A stretch of 61,185 nucleotides of DNA from Candidatus Saccharimonadota bacterium (GTDB lineage: Bacteria > Patescibacteriota > Saccharimonadia > Saccharimonadales > HK-STAS-PATE-42), in contig DAISWL010000003.1 of NCBI GenBank assembly GCA_036826375.1, positions 1-61,185 of the forward strand, written 5' to 3'. A program made the position numbers and the translations under genes. The notes beneath the pieces are model-generated. The model ran no database searches, was not told where the DNA came from, and was given only the letters and a program-made list of their open reading frames with translations. Shown piece after piece: positions 48,939-57,815 of the stretch; the first letter of the stretch is position 1, and every line of letters begins with the position of its first letter.

Positions 48939-50279
48939 ATGGCAAAAAATAAAACTTATTATGTTTGTGAAGATTGCGGAGCCGAACACGGTAAGTGGTC
49001 GGGCAAATGCGAAACTTGTGGAGCTTGGAACAGCTTAAAAGAGTTTCATCCTGCCAAATTAAACTTAAGCGGGAAAAGTTTTCAGGGCTCAGTTTTAGAT
49101 CCTCGGCAAAATCAAGGTTTAGAGCAACAATCAACCGGATTCAAATCTGGAATTGTTTTTTTAGATTCCGTGCTGGGCGGACAGATTGTTGCTGGGTCGG
49201 TCATCTTATTGGCCGGTCAACCGGGGATGGGGAAATCTACCCTGCTAACCCAACTTATTGCATCGATTTCCACTCAGCAAGAAACGCTTTATGTTAGCGC
49301 TGAGGAAAGTGTAAATCAGGTTAATTCTAGAATTAGTCGCTTGAATGGAGAAAGTGCTAATCTTAATTTAGTACATTCCACCAGCGTTGAAGATATTGTA
49401 GCCACAATTGCCAGCAAAAAATTTAAGCTTATTATTATAGATTCAATTCAAACTATTACCAACCAAGAGGTTAGTGGTATGCCCGGAAGCGTATCGCAAA
49501 TTACTAGCTCTACAGCCGCCATTGTGAATGCTGCAAAAAATTCAGATACAGCAATAATTTTAGTTGGTCACGTTACTAAAGAAGGCAACATCGCCGGGCC
49601 AAAATTATTAGAGCATTTAGTAGATGTAGTTTTGTACCTTGATGGCGAGCGTACTGATGGCTTTAAGTTTTTGCGCGGAATTAAAAACAGATACGGATCC
49701 ACAAACGAAGTTGCAGTTCTGGAGATGGATTCTGAGGGCTTAAAGGAGGTTTTGAACCCTTCAGCTGCTTTATTGGAAGAAAGGCAAGCTAGCGATGGCA
49801 GTATAATTTTTGCCGGAATTGAAGGCAATCGTCCGATTCTGATTGAGGTTCAAGCTCTGGTGCATAAAACCAGCTTCGGCTATCCTAAAAGAACCGCCAG
49901 CGGGTTCGATTTAAACCGTTTGCAGCTTTTAGCGGCAGTGATTTCCAGAAGAACTAAACTTAATTTAAGTGAATACGATATTTACATCAACTTTGTTGGC
50001 GGATTCAAGGTTAATGAGCCTGCGGCAGATTTAGCCGTAGCCATGGCCATTGCCAGTGCCGCCAGCGGAAAAGAACTACCCGATGATTTAGTGGTTTTTG
50101 GAGAAGTTGGTTTAAGTGGAGAAATCAGGCGAGCCGGCAACGCTGAAAAAAGAATAGCTGAAGCCAAAAAGATGGGCTTCAAAGCTGCGGTTGGCCCGGC
50201 ATCTAATGCCAAAAAAGATGCAAAGTTTATTAGGCCCGTCAAAAATATTCGCGAAGCCTTCATACAATACTTAGAATAA
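48939..50279 (+). CDS. radA: DNA repair protein RadA/Sms
   Basis: CEDC..WSGKCETC, GQPGMGKST, KNRYG, GEVGLSGE. Confidence 0.98.
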   Translation: MAKNKTYYVCEDCGAEHGKWSGKCETCGAWNSLKEFHPAKLNLSGKSFQGSVLDPRQNQGLEQQSTGFKSGIVFLDSVLGGQIVAGSVILLAGQPGMGKSTLLTQLIASISTQQETLYVSAEESVNQVNSRISRLNGESANLNLVHSTSVEDIVATIASKKFKLIIIDSIQTITNQEVSGMPGSVSQITSSTAAIVNAAKNSDTAIILVGHVTKEGNIAGPKLLEHLVDVVLYLDGERTDGFKFLRGIKNRYGSTNEVAVLEMDSEGLKEVLNPSAALLEERQASDGSIIFAGIEGNRPILIEVQALVHKTSFGYPKRTASGFDLNRLQLLAAVISRRTKLNLSEYDIYINFVGGFKVNEPAADLAVAMAIASAASGKELPDDLVVFGEVGLSGEIRRAGNAEKRIAEAKKMGFKAAVGPASNAKKDAKFIRPVKNIREAFIQYLE

Positions 50280-50294
50280 AAATTCAAAGCGCAA

Positions 50295-50332
50295 GTCATC
50301 CTGTCCGCTGGCTGGCGGATGATTCAGGATCC
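50295..50332 (+). repeat. REP-like palindrome after radA
   Basis: GTCATCCTG-[TCCGC tggctg GCGGA]-TGATTCAGGATCC nested inverted repeats. Confidence 0.5.
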
Positions 50333-50375
50333 CACCAAGATATTATAATTATTACTCAAAAAGAGAAGGAGAGAA

Positions 50376-51206
50376 ATGTTTAGAAAAAATAATCAAATTA
50401 AAGATCAGCTAGTGGTAGATACCAGCGGGCTGATGGATGGTCGCATCCAAAAAATATTAAACTTAGGTTTTTTAAATTACGAAATTTTAATACCCAAGTT
50501 TGTGGTTCTAGAACTTCAAACAGTGGCAGATAAAAGTGATAAAATCCGCCGCGACAGGGCTAGAGATGCCTTAAGCTTAGCTGGCGAGATGATAAAATCT
50601 GGCCAAGCTCATCTATTTGAGCAGAATTTAGTTAAGCCCGATGAAGTTGATAATATGCTAATTGAACTGAGCCGAAAACTTAAGGCTAAGCTCTACACCA
50701 CCGATGCCAACCTCCAGCGTGTAGCAGAAATTCAAAGTGTTAGAGTGCTGAATCCTAACGAGCTAATTCATGGCATTAAACTTAATTTCGTACCGGGTGA
50801 AAACATTAAACTTAAGCTTAGCGATAGAGGTCAAGAGAAGAATCAGGCAGTTGGCTATATTAATGGCGTTATGATTGTAGTTAAAGATGCTATCGCTAAA
50901 ATCGGTCAGACTGTTGAAGTTAAAATCTCTAACTTAATAGAAACTGAAAACGGACATATAGTTTTTGGAGAGCTGATCAATACTAAAATGATTTCGCCCA
51001 CCAAACCCAATAAGAGTTTAGCTCCAATTAGAAAATCACCGAATAAAAGTAATATGGTTAAACCTGGTAGAACTGGAGCGGTTAAGAATAACAGCAACTC
51101 CCCAGCTAGATTCAAAAAGCCGAACCACAACAATAGAAGGCCCCACAGAGAAACGCCTGAAGATAAGATGTTGGCCTCAATTGAACAATTCGGAGATGAA
51201 GTTTAA
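50376..51206 (+). CDS. PIN/TRAM domain protein (YacL-like, no TM part)
   Basis: VVDTSGLMDGRI, ELQTVAD, GQEKNQAVGY; follows radA. Confidence 0.88.
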   Translation: MFRKNNQIKDQLVVDTSGLMDGRIQKILNLGFLNYEILIPKFVVLELQTVADKSDKIRRDRARDALSLAGEMIKSGQAHLFEQNLVKPDEVDNMLIELSRKLKAKLYTTDANLQRVAEIQSVRVLNPNELIHGIKLNFVPGENIKLKLSDRGQEKNQAVGYINGVMIVVKDAIAKIGQTVEVKISNLIETENGHIVFGELINTKMISPTKPNKSLAPIRKSPNKSNMVKPGRTGAVKNNSNSPARFKKPNHNNRRPHRETPEDKMLASIEQFGDEV

Positions 51207-51241
51207 GATGCTAAAAAGCAACTCGATGTTATAATTAAGAT

Positions 51242-51457
51242 ATGAATAGATCCTTAGCCTTAAGCTTAATAGTTGTTTGTATCATCTACCTAATTAACCC
51301 CACCCTTGGGGTTTTCGAACTAATACCAGATAACCTCCCGATTGTTGGCAATATAGATGAGGTTTTTGTATCAGGCTTACTGCTAAGCTTAATCAATTTT
51401 TTAAGAACAGGTGAATTTAAGTTACTAAAGCAAAACCGGGGTGGAAAAGAAAAATGA
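51242..51457 (+). CDS. DUF1232/YkvA-like small membrane protein
   Basis: YLINP...ELIPDNLPIVGNIDE. Confidence 0.8.
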   Translation: MNRSLALSLIVVCIIYLINPTLGVFELIPDNLPIVGNIDEVFVSGLLLSLINFLRTGEFKLLKQNRGGKEK

Positions 51458-51659
51458 CGTATTCAGTGGTGCCATAAAGTAGGCGCCGACACTTTCCAAC
51501 CAGATAGACTGTATAGATTTAGTGAAAACAGTAATTTGGAATGGAGGCAAATGGTTTTTTTGTTACTTTTTTGTCCATAAACAAAAATAGTAAGTATTAA
51601 GCTGCCCTAATACACAAAGTTCGAAGAATTGTTAAGCTTAATCTAAACCTAAGCACAGA

Positions 51660-52340
51660 TTACCACTCTATTTCATCTTTATCCATAAGTTTAAGATATC
51701 GATTTGCCTGCACAAAATGCCCGCAGCCGAAAAATCCGCTATGAGCTGAAAATGGCGAAGGGTGCGGAGACGTTAAAATTAAATGCTTGTTAGCATCTAT
51801 TAAACTTAATTTTTGTTTGGCGTAATTACCCCATAGCATAAAAACTAAGCCAGATTTAGATCCGGAAAGCTGAGAGATAATGTGATCGGTGAAATCCTCC
51901 CAGCCTTTTTTAGCATGAGAACCCGGTTTACCAGCTTCTACCGTTAAAACTGAATTGAGGAGCAAAACCCCCTGCTCGGCCCAACAGCTTAAATCTCCAT
52001 TAAACTTATGCTCGGCGGCGGATTTGTGGCCTAGTTCAGATTCTAATTCTTTGAAAATATTTTGCAAACTTGGAGGATTTTTAATGCTAGCCGGAACTGA
52101 AAAGCTGAGCCCCATCGCTTGACCCGGGCCGTGGTATGGATCTTGCCCTAAAATAACCACCTTAACTTGATCTGGCGAGGTTAAGTTTAAGGCATTAAAG
52201 ATGTTTTTAGGATGCGGATAAATTTTTTTACTAGAAAGATATTCTGAGCGCACGAAATCTGCGGTAGCCTTAAACTGGTCTGAATCTAAATAATTCGCCA
52301 GAAGCTGCTTCCACCGATTATTAAGTTTAACTTCTGTCAT
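51660..52340 (-). CDS. ung: Uracil-DNA glycosylase
   Basis: ILGQDPYH, PPSLQNI, VLLLN, HPSPFS. Confidence 0.98.
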   Translation of the reverse strand: MTEVKLNNRWKQLLANYLDSDQFKATADFVRSEYLSSKKIYPHPKNIFNALNLTSPDQVKVVILGQDPYHGPGQAMGLSFSVPASIKNPPSLQNIFKELESELGHKSAAEHKFNGDLSCWAEQGVLLLNSVLTVEAGKPGSHAKKGWEDFTDHIISQLSGSKSGLVFMLWGNYAKQKLSLIDANKHLILTSPHPSPFSAHSGFFGCGHFVQANRYLKLMDKDEIEW

Positions 52341-52347
52341 AAAAAAC

Positions 52348-53100
52348 CTATCTCATAATTAAGCTTAGTGCCATAATAAAAGATATCACTACTACGGCTT
52401 TTTCTATAAAATCATCACCCTTTTTTACTGCGACATGAGATCCTATGTAGCCACCTAGATATGTCGAAAGTAGTAGCGTTAGCCCCATTTTGTAATCTAC
52501 TAAGCCTGTTCTGATATAGACCGCAAGCGCAACAATTGCAACTACGAGTTGCGTAGTTCTTCTAGTTGCAATAGCTACGGTCGGCCTGAGACCAACGAAC
52601 TTATTAAGAACTAGATACTGCAGAAATCCTATACCGCTGCCCATAGCTGATTGTAATGTTATCAATACACTAAGTAAACCATAGCCTGAGTATTTCTTAA
52701 GCTTTGATGCTTTAGCTTTACCGTCTTTAGATTTTAGCTGTTTTTTAAAAATGACGAAAGGCAGCACAAACAAAATTACCCAACCCACAAGTTTTTCTAT
52801 AAAATCAGAATTTGATTGGAGACCAACCAGCAAAAGGCTGCCAACCAGGGCAGAAATAGCTGCAAAAATACTTAAGTTTAGGGCTAGTTTTTTATCTATC
52901 AAATTCTTTTCTTTTCGAAACCTCATAAAAGAACCTGCCGATATGCCCAGCCCACTGAATTTCATACTTGCTAGCACCGTAACTGGTGGGAAACCTAGAT
53001 ATATGGCAGCAGGGACGGAAATCATACCTCCAGCTCCACCAGACATGCCACTCAAAACTGATGCTATAAAAGCTATAGCCGCTAGTTCGGTATATTGCAT
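52348..53100 (-). CDS. TauE/SafE (TSUP) family membrane protein
   Basis: GMSGGAGGMISVP, multiple TM segments, GGYIGSH. Confidence 0.85.
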   Translation of the reverse strand: MQYTELAAIAFIASVLSGMSGGAGGMISVPAAIYLGFPPVTVLASMKFSGLGISAGSFMRFRKEKNLIDKKLALNLSIFAAISALVGSLLLVGLQSNSDFIEKLVGWVILFVLPFVIFKKQLKSKDGKAKASKLKKYSGYGLLSVLITLQSAMGSGIGFLQYLVLNKFVGLRPTVAIATRRTTQLVVAIVALAVYIRTGLVDYKMGLTLLLSTYLGGYIGSHVAVKKGDDFIEKAVVVISFIMALSLIMR

Positions 53101-53111
53101 AGAAGTGCTTC

Positions 53112-54287
53112 CTACTTTTTGAGGCTTTCAATATATTTTCGGATGTTAAGAGCAGCTGTTGCGCCCTCACCAGCAGCGGATGCAATCTGCATGGTGGCAC
53201 CCGAGCGGACATCTCCGCTAGCGAAAACCCCTGGGATGTTAGTCATTAAGCTTAAATCGGTATCAACAAACCCGTATTCATCTAACTTCACATCTGTGTA
53301 TTTTAAGAACTTAGTGTTAGGATCCAAACCAATAAAAATAAAAGTACCGTCGACGTCAAACTTGATACTCTTAGAGCCTTGCGTTCCATCAATATGAGTA
53401 ACTTTAGATCCATCACCAACAATCTCTTTGATGCTAACATTTTTATGCACGGTTATTTTTCCTGCTTCAACGGCTTTGTTCAATTCTTTAATTAGCACCT
53501 CGCTAGCCTTTATTTCACTTCTAACTAATAAGTTTATGTGGCTGGCAAATCTGGTTAAGAATAGTGCCTCTTGCACAGCGGAATTGCCTCCGCCAATAAC
53601 TGCTAAAACTTTATCTCGGTAGAAGGCTCCGTCGCAAGTAGCACAGTAGTGTACTCCACGTGATAAATATTCTTCCTCGCCTGGCACTCCTAGTTTTTTA
53701 TAAGATGAACCCGTTGAAATTAAAACTGCTTTAGCCTCAATATCACCTTCGGTGGTTGAAACTTGAATTCTATCCCCTTGTTTTTGGATGTCCACCACTT
53801 CACCGAAATCTATTTTGGCCCCGAAACGCTCCGCCTGTTTTTCTAGTTTGTCGGCGAAATCTATGCCGGTTACCCCATCTTCAAAACCTGGATAATTATC
53901 TATCTGATCGGTGATAGCAGCTAAGCCACCAATTGCTCCCTTTTCAATAATTAAAGTTTTAAGATCTTCACGAGAAGTGTAAATCGCGGAGCTAAGCCCG
54001 CTGGGGCCTCCACCTATAATCAGCACATCTACCTTTTTAGCTATTTCTATTTTTAAGTTTAATAGACTAGCCATTTTTTGATGTGATGGATTTTGGTAAA
54101 CTTGCCCATCAATTACAACCGTTGGGATCAAATAATTTTGGTTGCTTAAGTTTAACATTTCGGCAACGATTTCTTCTCCGTCATCGACATCTTTATAAAC
54201 AAAACTCTGGTTTGCATCGGTGAGAAATTTTTTTAAAGATTGGCAATAAGCGCACCAAGTGGCTCCGTACAAGATAACTTCTGACAT
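53112..54287 (-). CDS. trxB: Thioredoxin reductase with N-terminal glutaredoxin/NrdH-like domain
   Basis: WCAYC N-terminal domain; IIGGGPSG, YCATCDG, IGGGNSA, FASGDV. Confidence 0.93.
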   Translation of the reverse strand: MSEVILYGATWCAYCQSLKKFLTDANQSFVYKDVDDGEEIVAEMLNLSNQNYLIPTVVIDGQVYQNPSHQKMASLLNLKIEIAKKVDVLIIGGGPSGLSSAIYTSREDLKTLIIEKGAIGGLAAITDQIDNYPGFEDGVTGIDFADKLEKQAERFGAKIDFGEVVDIQKQGDRIQVSTTEGDIEAKAVLISTGSSYKKLGVPGEEEYLSRGVHYCATCDGAFYRDKVLAVIGGGNSAVQEALFLTRFASHINLLVRSEIKASEVLIKELNKAVEAGKITVHKNVSIKEIVGDGSKVTHIDGTQGSKSIKFDVDGTFIFIGLDPNTKFLKYTDVKLDEYGFVDTDLSLMTNIPGVFASGDVRSGATMQIASAAGEGATAALNIRKYIESLKK

Positions 54288-54332
54288 TTAATTTATTGCC
54301 TCCTTATGACCTATAGTGATTAAAAACTTACT

Positions 54333-54584
54333 TTAACTTAAAAGAGAACTAAGTTGAGCGGGATTGTAGCCTACTGAAAAACCTTTAACTGAACCGTCAT
54401 CGTCGCTGACTGCTATTACCGGAACGGTCATCGCACCGCCGCTGATAGAGATAGCCTCTTGCCTTAAGTTTGGATCTTGATCAACGTTGAGCTCTTGGTA
54501 ATCTCTACCTTTAATTTGCAAAAACTTTTTGACCATTCGACAAGCTGAACAATTATTACTAGTGTAAACTTTAATCTGCGACAT
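54333..54584 (-). CDS. Glutaredoxin/NrdH-like protein
   Basis: VYTSNNCSACRMVK, TVPVI. Confidence 0.88.
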   Translation of the reverse strand: MSQIKVYTSNNCSACRMVKKFLQIKGRDYQELNVDQDPNLRQEAISISGGAMTVPVIAVSDDDGSVKGFSVGYNPAQLSSLLS

Positions 54585-54690
54585 TTTAATTACCCTCTTT
54601 TATTAATTTTAATATTTTTTGAAAGATGTATTTACATTATATAGTGTTTAAGCTTAAGCTTCAAGCGCTATATATTGTGTATTTTACAAA

Positions 54691-55485
54691 TTACTGCGCC
54701 TGAGCTGTTGAAGGATTAACTTCCAAGAGCTCAACTCTAAATACCAGATTAGAATTTGCTGGTATTGAGGCATTGGCTTGGCTGCCATAAGCTTTATCTG
54801 ATGGTATTCTCAAGACCCTAGTTCCCCCTACTTTCATGCCGGGTATACCTTCTTGCCAGCCGGCGATAACAGAACCTAAGCTTAAGTCTATTCCCTGATC
54901 GTTTTGATCAAAAACTTCGCCACTAGATGCTAGAGCGCCTTTATATTTAACCTTGATTGTATCTCCAGCCTTGACTTCTGTTCCATCGCCAGTTTTTTCA
55001 TCAACAATCTGTAATGAATCCATAGCGTCAGAGTACTTGAGAGATTCGTCATATTCTTTTGGCTTATTAGCTGCCTCTTCTTGAGCTTTCTTAACAGCTT
55101 CTTCGTACTGTTTATTATAGTCTTCCTGTTGCTGCTTTTGCTGCTTTGAATCACGGTCGCTCATCCAGGCAGCTATAATTGGCCCTCCTACAAAAAAGAA
55201 TATTGTAGCCGTAATCGCTAGCCACTTAAAACCAAACCTTAAAGCGTGCCCAATTTGAGCTAAATTTATGTTTTTAGGCATACTATAACTAAATTTATTT
55301 ATTTTCTTTGGTTGAGATGATTTAGATTTAGTTTTTAAGCTAGAGCCGTCTTTTTTATTTTTAAGCAGAGTTGAATTAGGTGAACTTGAGTTGAAATTAT
55401 CTTTATTTGTTTTAGCTTTAGCGACAACCTTGTTTGACTTAGTGCTCTTAGCACCTTTTGATGCGGCCATTAGAATACCCTCCAA
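54691..55485 (-). CDS. Membrane-anchored FKBP-type peptidyl-prolyl isomerase
   Basis: VIAGWQEGIPGMKVGG, IPSDKAYG, LVFRVEL. Confidence 0.93.
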   Translation of the reverse strand: MEGILMAASKGAKSTKSNKVVAKAKTNKDNFNSSSPNSTLLKNKKDGSSLKTKSKSSQPKKINKFSYSMPKNINLAQIGHALRFGFKWLAITATIFFFVGGPIIAAWMSDRDSKQQKQQQEDYNKQYEEAVKKAQEEAANKPKEYDESLKYSDAMDSLQIVDEKTGDGTEVKAGDTIKVKYKGALASSGEVFDQNDQGIDLSLGSVIAGWQEGIPGMKVGGTRVLRIPSDKAYGSQANASIPANSNLVFRVELLEVNPSTAQAQ

Positions 55486-55518
55486 ATTTAATTTAATTGA
55501 TTTAGCTTATTATAACCT

Positions 55519-56172
55519 TTATTTGACTTGGCGCTCAAGCTTATTTTCAATTTTTAACTTTTTAATTAAGTTATTGACCGAATCGACCACCATCCCCGGG
55601 TTGACTCGCTCCAAACTAGAAGCTGAGTTAAGACCCCATGCAACGGATATGCATTTAATTTTTATCTGATTACAAGAATTAACATCTTTGATTTCATCGC
55701 CAATATAAATAATCTCATTTTTATTTATATTAAGCTTAGATATTATTTTTTCTAGACCCTTAGATTTGGAGAAGAAACCGAGCCTCCCCCAAGTTTCAGT
55801 AAAATACTTATCGATGCGATTATTCTTTAAAAAAGCATCCACAACCAATTTGCTATTAGAGCTAGCCACATACATTTTGATGTTGTTGGATTTTAAATAT
55901 ATAAGAACGGTTTCGATCCCTTGAATCGGCTCTAGCTGGTTGCGTCTAGATTTAATCTGCCTTCTAGCCTTCAAAATATAGTAGACTAGCTCCAACCTAC
56001 TAAGACCTAAAGTCTTTACAGCCTGGCGAGGGTCTTTATCTGTATAATCCTGTAGGTTTTTCTTAGAGAAGTTATCTGGTAGTTTCCTTTTCATGACAGT
56101 CATGAAAACATCCTCAAGCATATCCCTACTATCGGCCAAGGTTCCATCTAAATCAAAAATTACTATTGGCAT
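55519..56172 (-). CDS. HAD family phosphatase
   Basis: IFDLDGTLADS, SSN, YIGDEIKD. Confidence 0.93.
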   Translation of the reverse strand: MPIVIFDLDGTLADSRDMLEDVFMTVMKRKLPDNFSKKNLQDYTDKDPRQAVKTLGLSRLELVYYILKARRQIKSRRNQLEPIQGIETVLIYLKSNNIKMYVASSNSKLVVDAFLKNNRIDKYFTETWGRLGFFSKSKGLEKIISKLNINKNEIIYIGDEIKDVNSCNQIKIKCISVAWGLNSASSLERVNPGMVVDSVNNLIKKLKIENKLERQVK

Positions 56173-56268
56173 ATGTATGTTTACATTATACTAAACTTAA
56201 CTTAGAATGGGGGGCTATTTTATACAGAACGCTAAAGATGGTTAAACATGGGCCTTAGATAGAAACCA

Positions 56269-56304
56269 AAAGAGTCTGAATATTTTTTTCTATTCAGACT
56301 CTTT
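56269..56304 (-). terminator. Intrinsic terminator
   Basis: Perfect 14 bp stem AAAGAGTCTGAATA/TATTCAGACTCTTT, T-rich tail on minus strand. Confidence 0.75.
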
Positions 56305-56339
56305 ATTTAAGCAAGCAAACTTAGGTTAATTGGTTAGTA

Positions 56340-56996
56340 TTACTTATTCCCGCTTTTGCTATTAGAGACGGCTTTATATACAAGTGTAACTATCAGCCCG
56401 GCTAAGATTAGTTTAGCCCAGTTTCTAGATATCCAACTTCCCTTATCAGAACTAGTTGACTCATTCTGCTGCTCAGAATCTTGGTTGCTTGAACTACTAT
56501 TCGAATTATCATCTTCATTTTTAGACTCATCTTTATTGGATTCACCACTATCCTTGGCATCTTGTACCTGCTTGTTAACTTGAACGTTGGTTTTAGAACC
56601 GTCGATAATAGCCTGTATTGAAGTAGTGTCGGCGTACTTCTGCCAAGCAGCCTGTTGAGAAGGCGTGAGACTTTTAGAGCTACCGATGTAATCTTTAAGT
56701 TTAGCTTTGCTAACATGAACATCTTGATTAACGTCTAGCCAATAGGCGCCCATATCATTAACAGTATTGGTTTCGGCGTATATCCTTTGAGCAGCGTTTA
56801 GATCTTCACCGTTATCATTACAATAGCGGTTAATAGAATCGCGTACTACATAACTAAGGTTATCCCCTCCAGATGCAACATAGTCATAAGTTCCCGCAGA
56901 CTGCTGCTCCTGAGCATGGACGCTAGGTCCACCAAGTATAAAAGTAGCCGCGATCATGATAACTGCGCTACTTACTAGTATTTTTAGATTTTTCAT
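56340..56996 (-). CDS. Secreted/membrane-anchored hypothetical protein
   Basis: Signal peptide, YDYVASGGDNLS domain, S/N/D/E-rich linker, C-terminal TM. Confidence 0.7.
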   Translation of the reverse strand: MKNLKILVSSAVIMIAATFILGGPSVHAQEQQSAGTYDYVASGGDNLSYVVRDSINRYCNDNGEDLNAAQRIYAETNTVNDMGAYWLDVNQDVHVSKAKLKDYIGSSKSLTPSQQAAWQKYADTTSIQAIIDGSKTNVQVNKQVQDAKDSGESNKDESKNEDDNSNSSSSNQDSEQQNESTSSDKGSWISRNWAKLILAGLIVTLVYKAVSNSKSGNK

Positions 56997-57111
56997 ATTT
57001 TTGAGTGAACCCTCCTCTATTAAAAGAAAATGCCCACCAAAATTGATATATAGTATTAACTATAATACTGTTTAAGCTTAAAATAAGATATTGTAGATTT
57101 AGCTACGAAAT

Positions 57112-57798
57112 TTAATTATCTATATTTAGAGTAATCTGATAAAGAGCTATGCCGGCTGCGACGCTAACATTAAATGATTCTTTCTTGCCCCTCATCGGAA
57201 TCTCAATCTTAATATCAGCTAGAGCAAGCTCTTCACTATTAAACCCTGTTGCCTCTGGGCCCAAAAAGAGAGCAAGCTTGCCGTGCTTAGGCTTGAACCT
57301 GTCTAGCATTTCAGAAGTTTTAGTTTGCTCAAGAAAAACTAAATCAAAACCCCTCCCTTTGAGACTATCGGCTGCAGAAGTTAGATCTGCAAAATAGTAA
57401 GTTGTAATGTTCTTCTCGGCACCAAGAGCCGTTTTAGCTATACCGCTAGCAAGCTTAATCTTAATGTGTGGCAGACGTTGGTCTCCTTTTATCTCCGGAT
57501 AAGGGGTTGACCCTATAGCAATAAACTCTTTTATACCGAAGCCATCGCAAGTTCTCAAAATAGACCCTACGTTATATATACTCCGCAAATTAACAGCCGC
57601 CACTACAACCTCTAGGTTTGATCCTTCTGAATTTGATCCATAATATGATGGCAAGTTTGCATCTATTTTAGATGAAGAGCTGGGAGCCCCATCATCATCA
57701 GAATCATCGGCTAGTGCTTTACCTGAAAAACGTTTTGTTGGCAAAACTGAACTTGAACTTTGTGATAATTTATTAGATTTTAATTTATTGTAGACCAA
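57112..57798 (-). CDS. TrmH/SpoU family RNA methyltransferase (start uncertain)
   Basis: NLRSIYNVGSILRT, LGPEATG, IPMRGKKESFNVSVAAGI. Confidence 0.92.
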   Translation of the reverse strand: MVYNKLKSNKLSQSSSSVLPTKRFSGKALADDSDDDGAPSSSSKIDANLPSYYGSNSEGSNLEVVVAAVNLRSIYNVGSILRTCDGFGIKEFIAIGSTPYPEIKGDQRLPHIKIKLASGIAKTALGAEKNITTYYFADLTSAADSLKGRGFDLVFLEQTKTSEMLDRFKPKHGKLALFLGPEATGFNSEELALADIKIEIPMRGKKESFNVSVAAGIALYQITLNIDN

Positions 57799-57815
57799 TT
57801 CAAATCACTCCGGGC

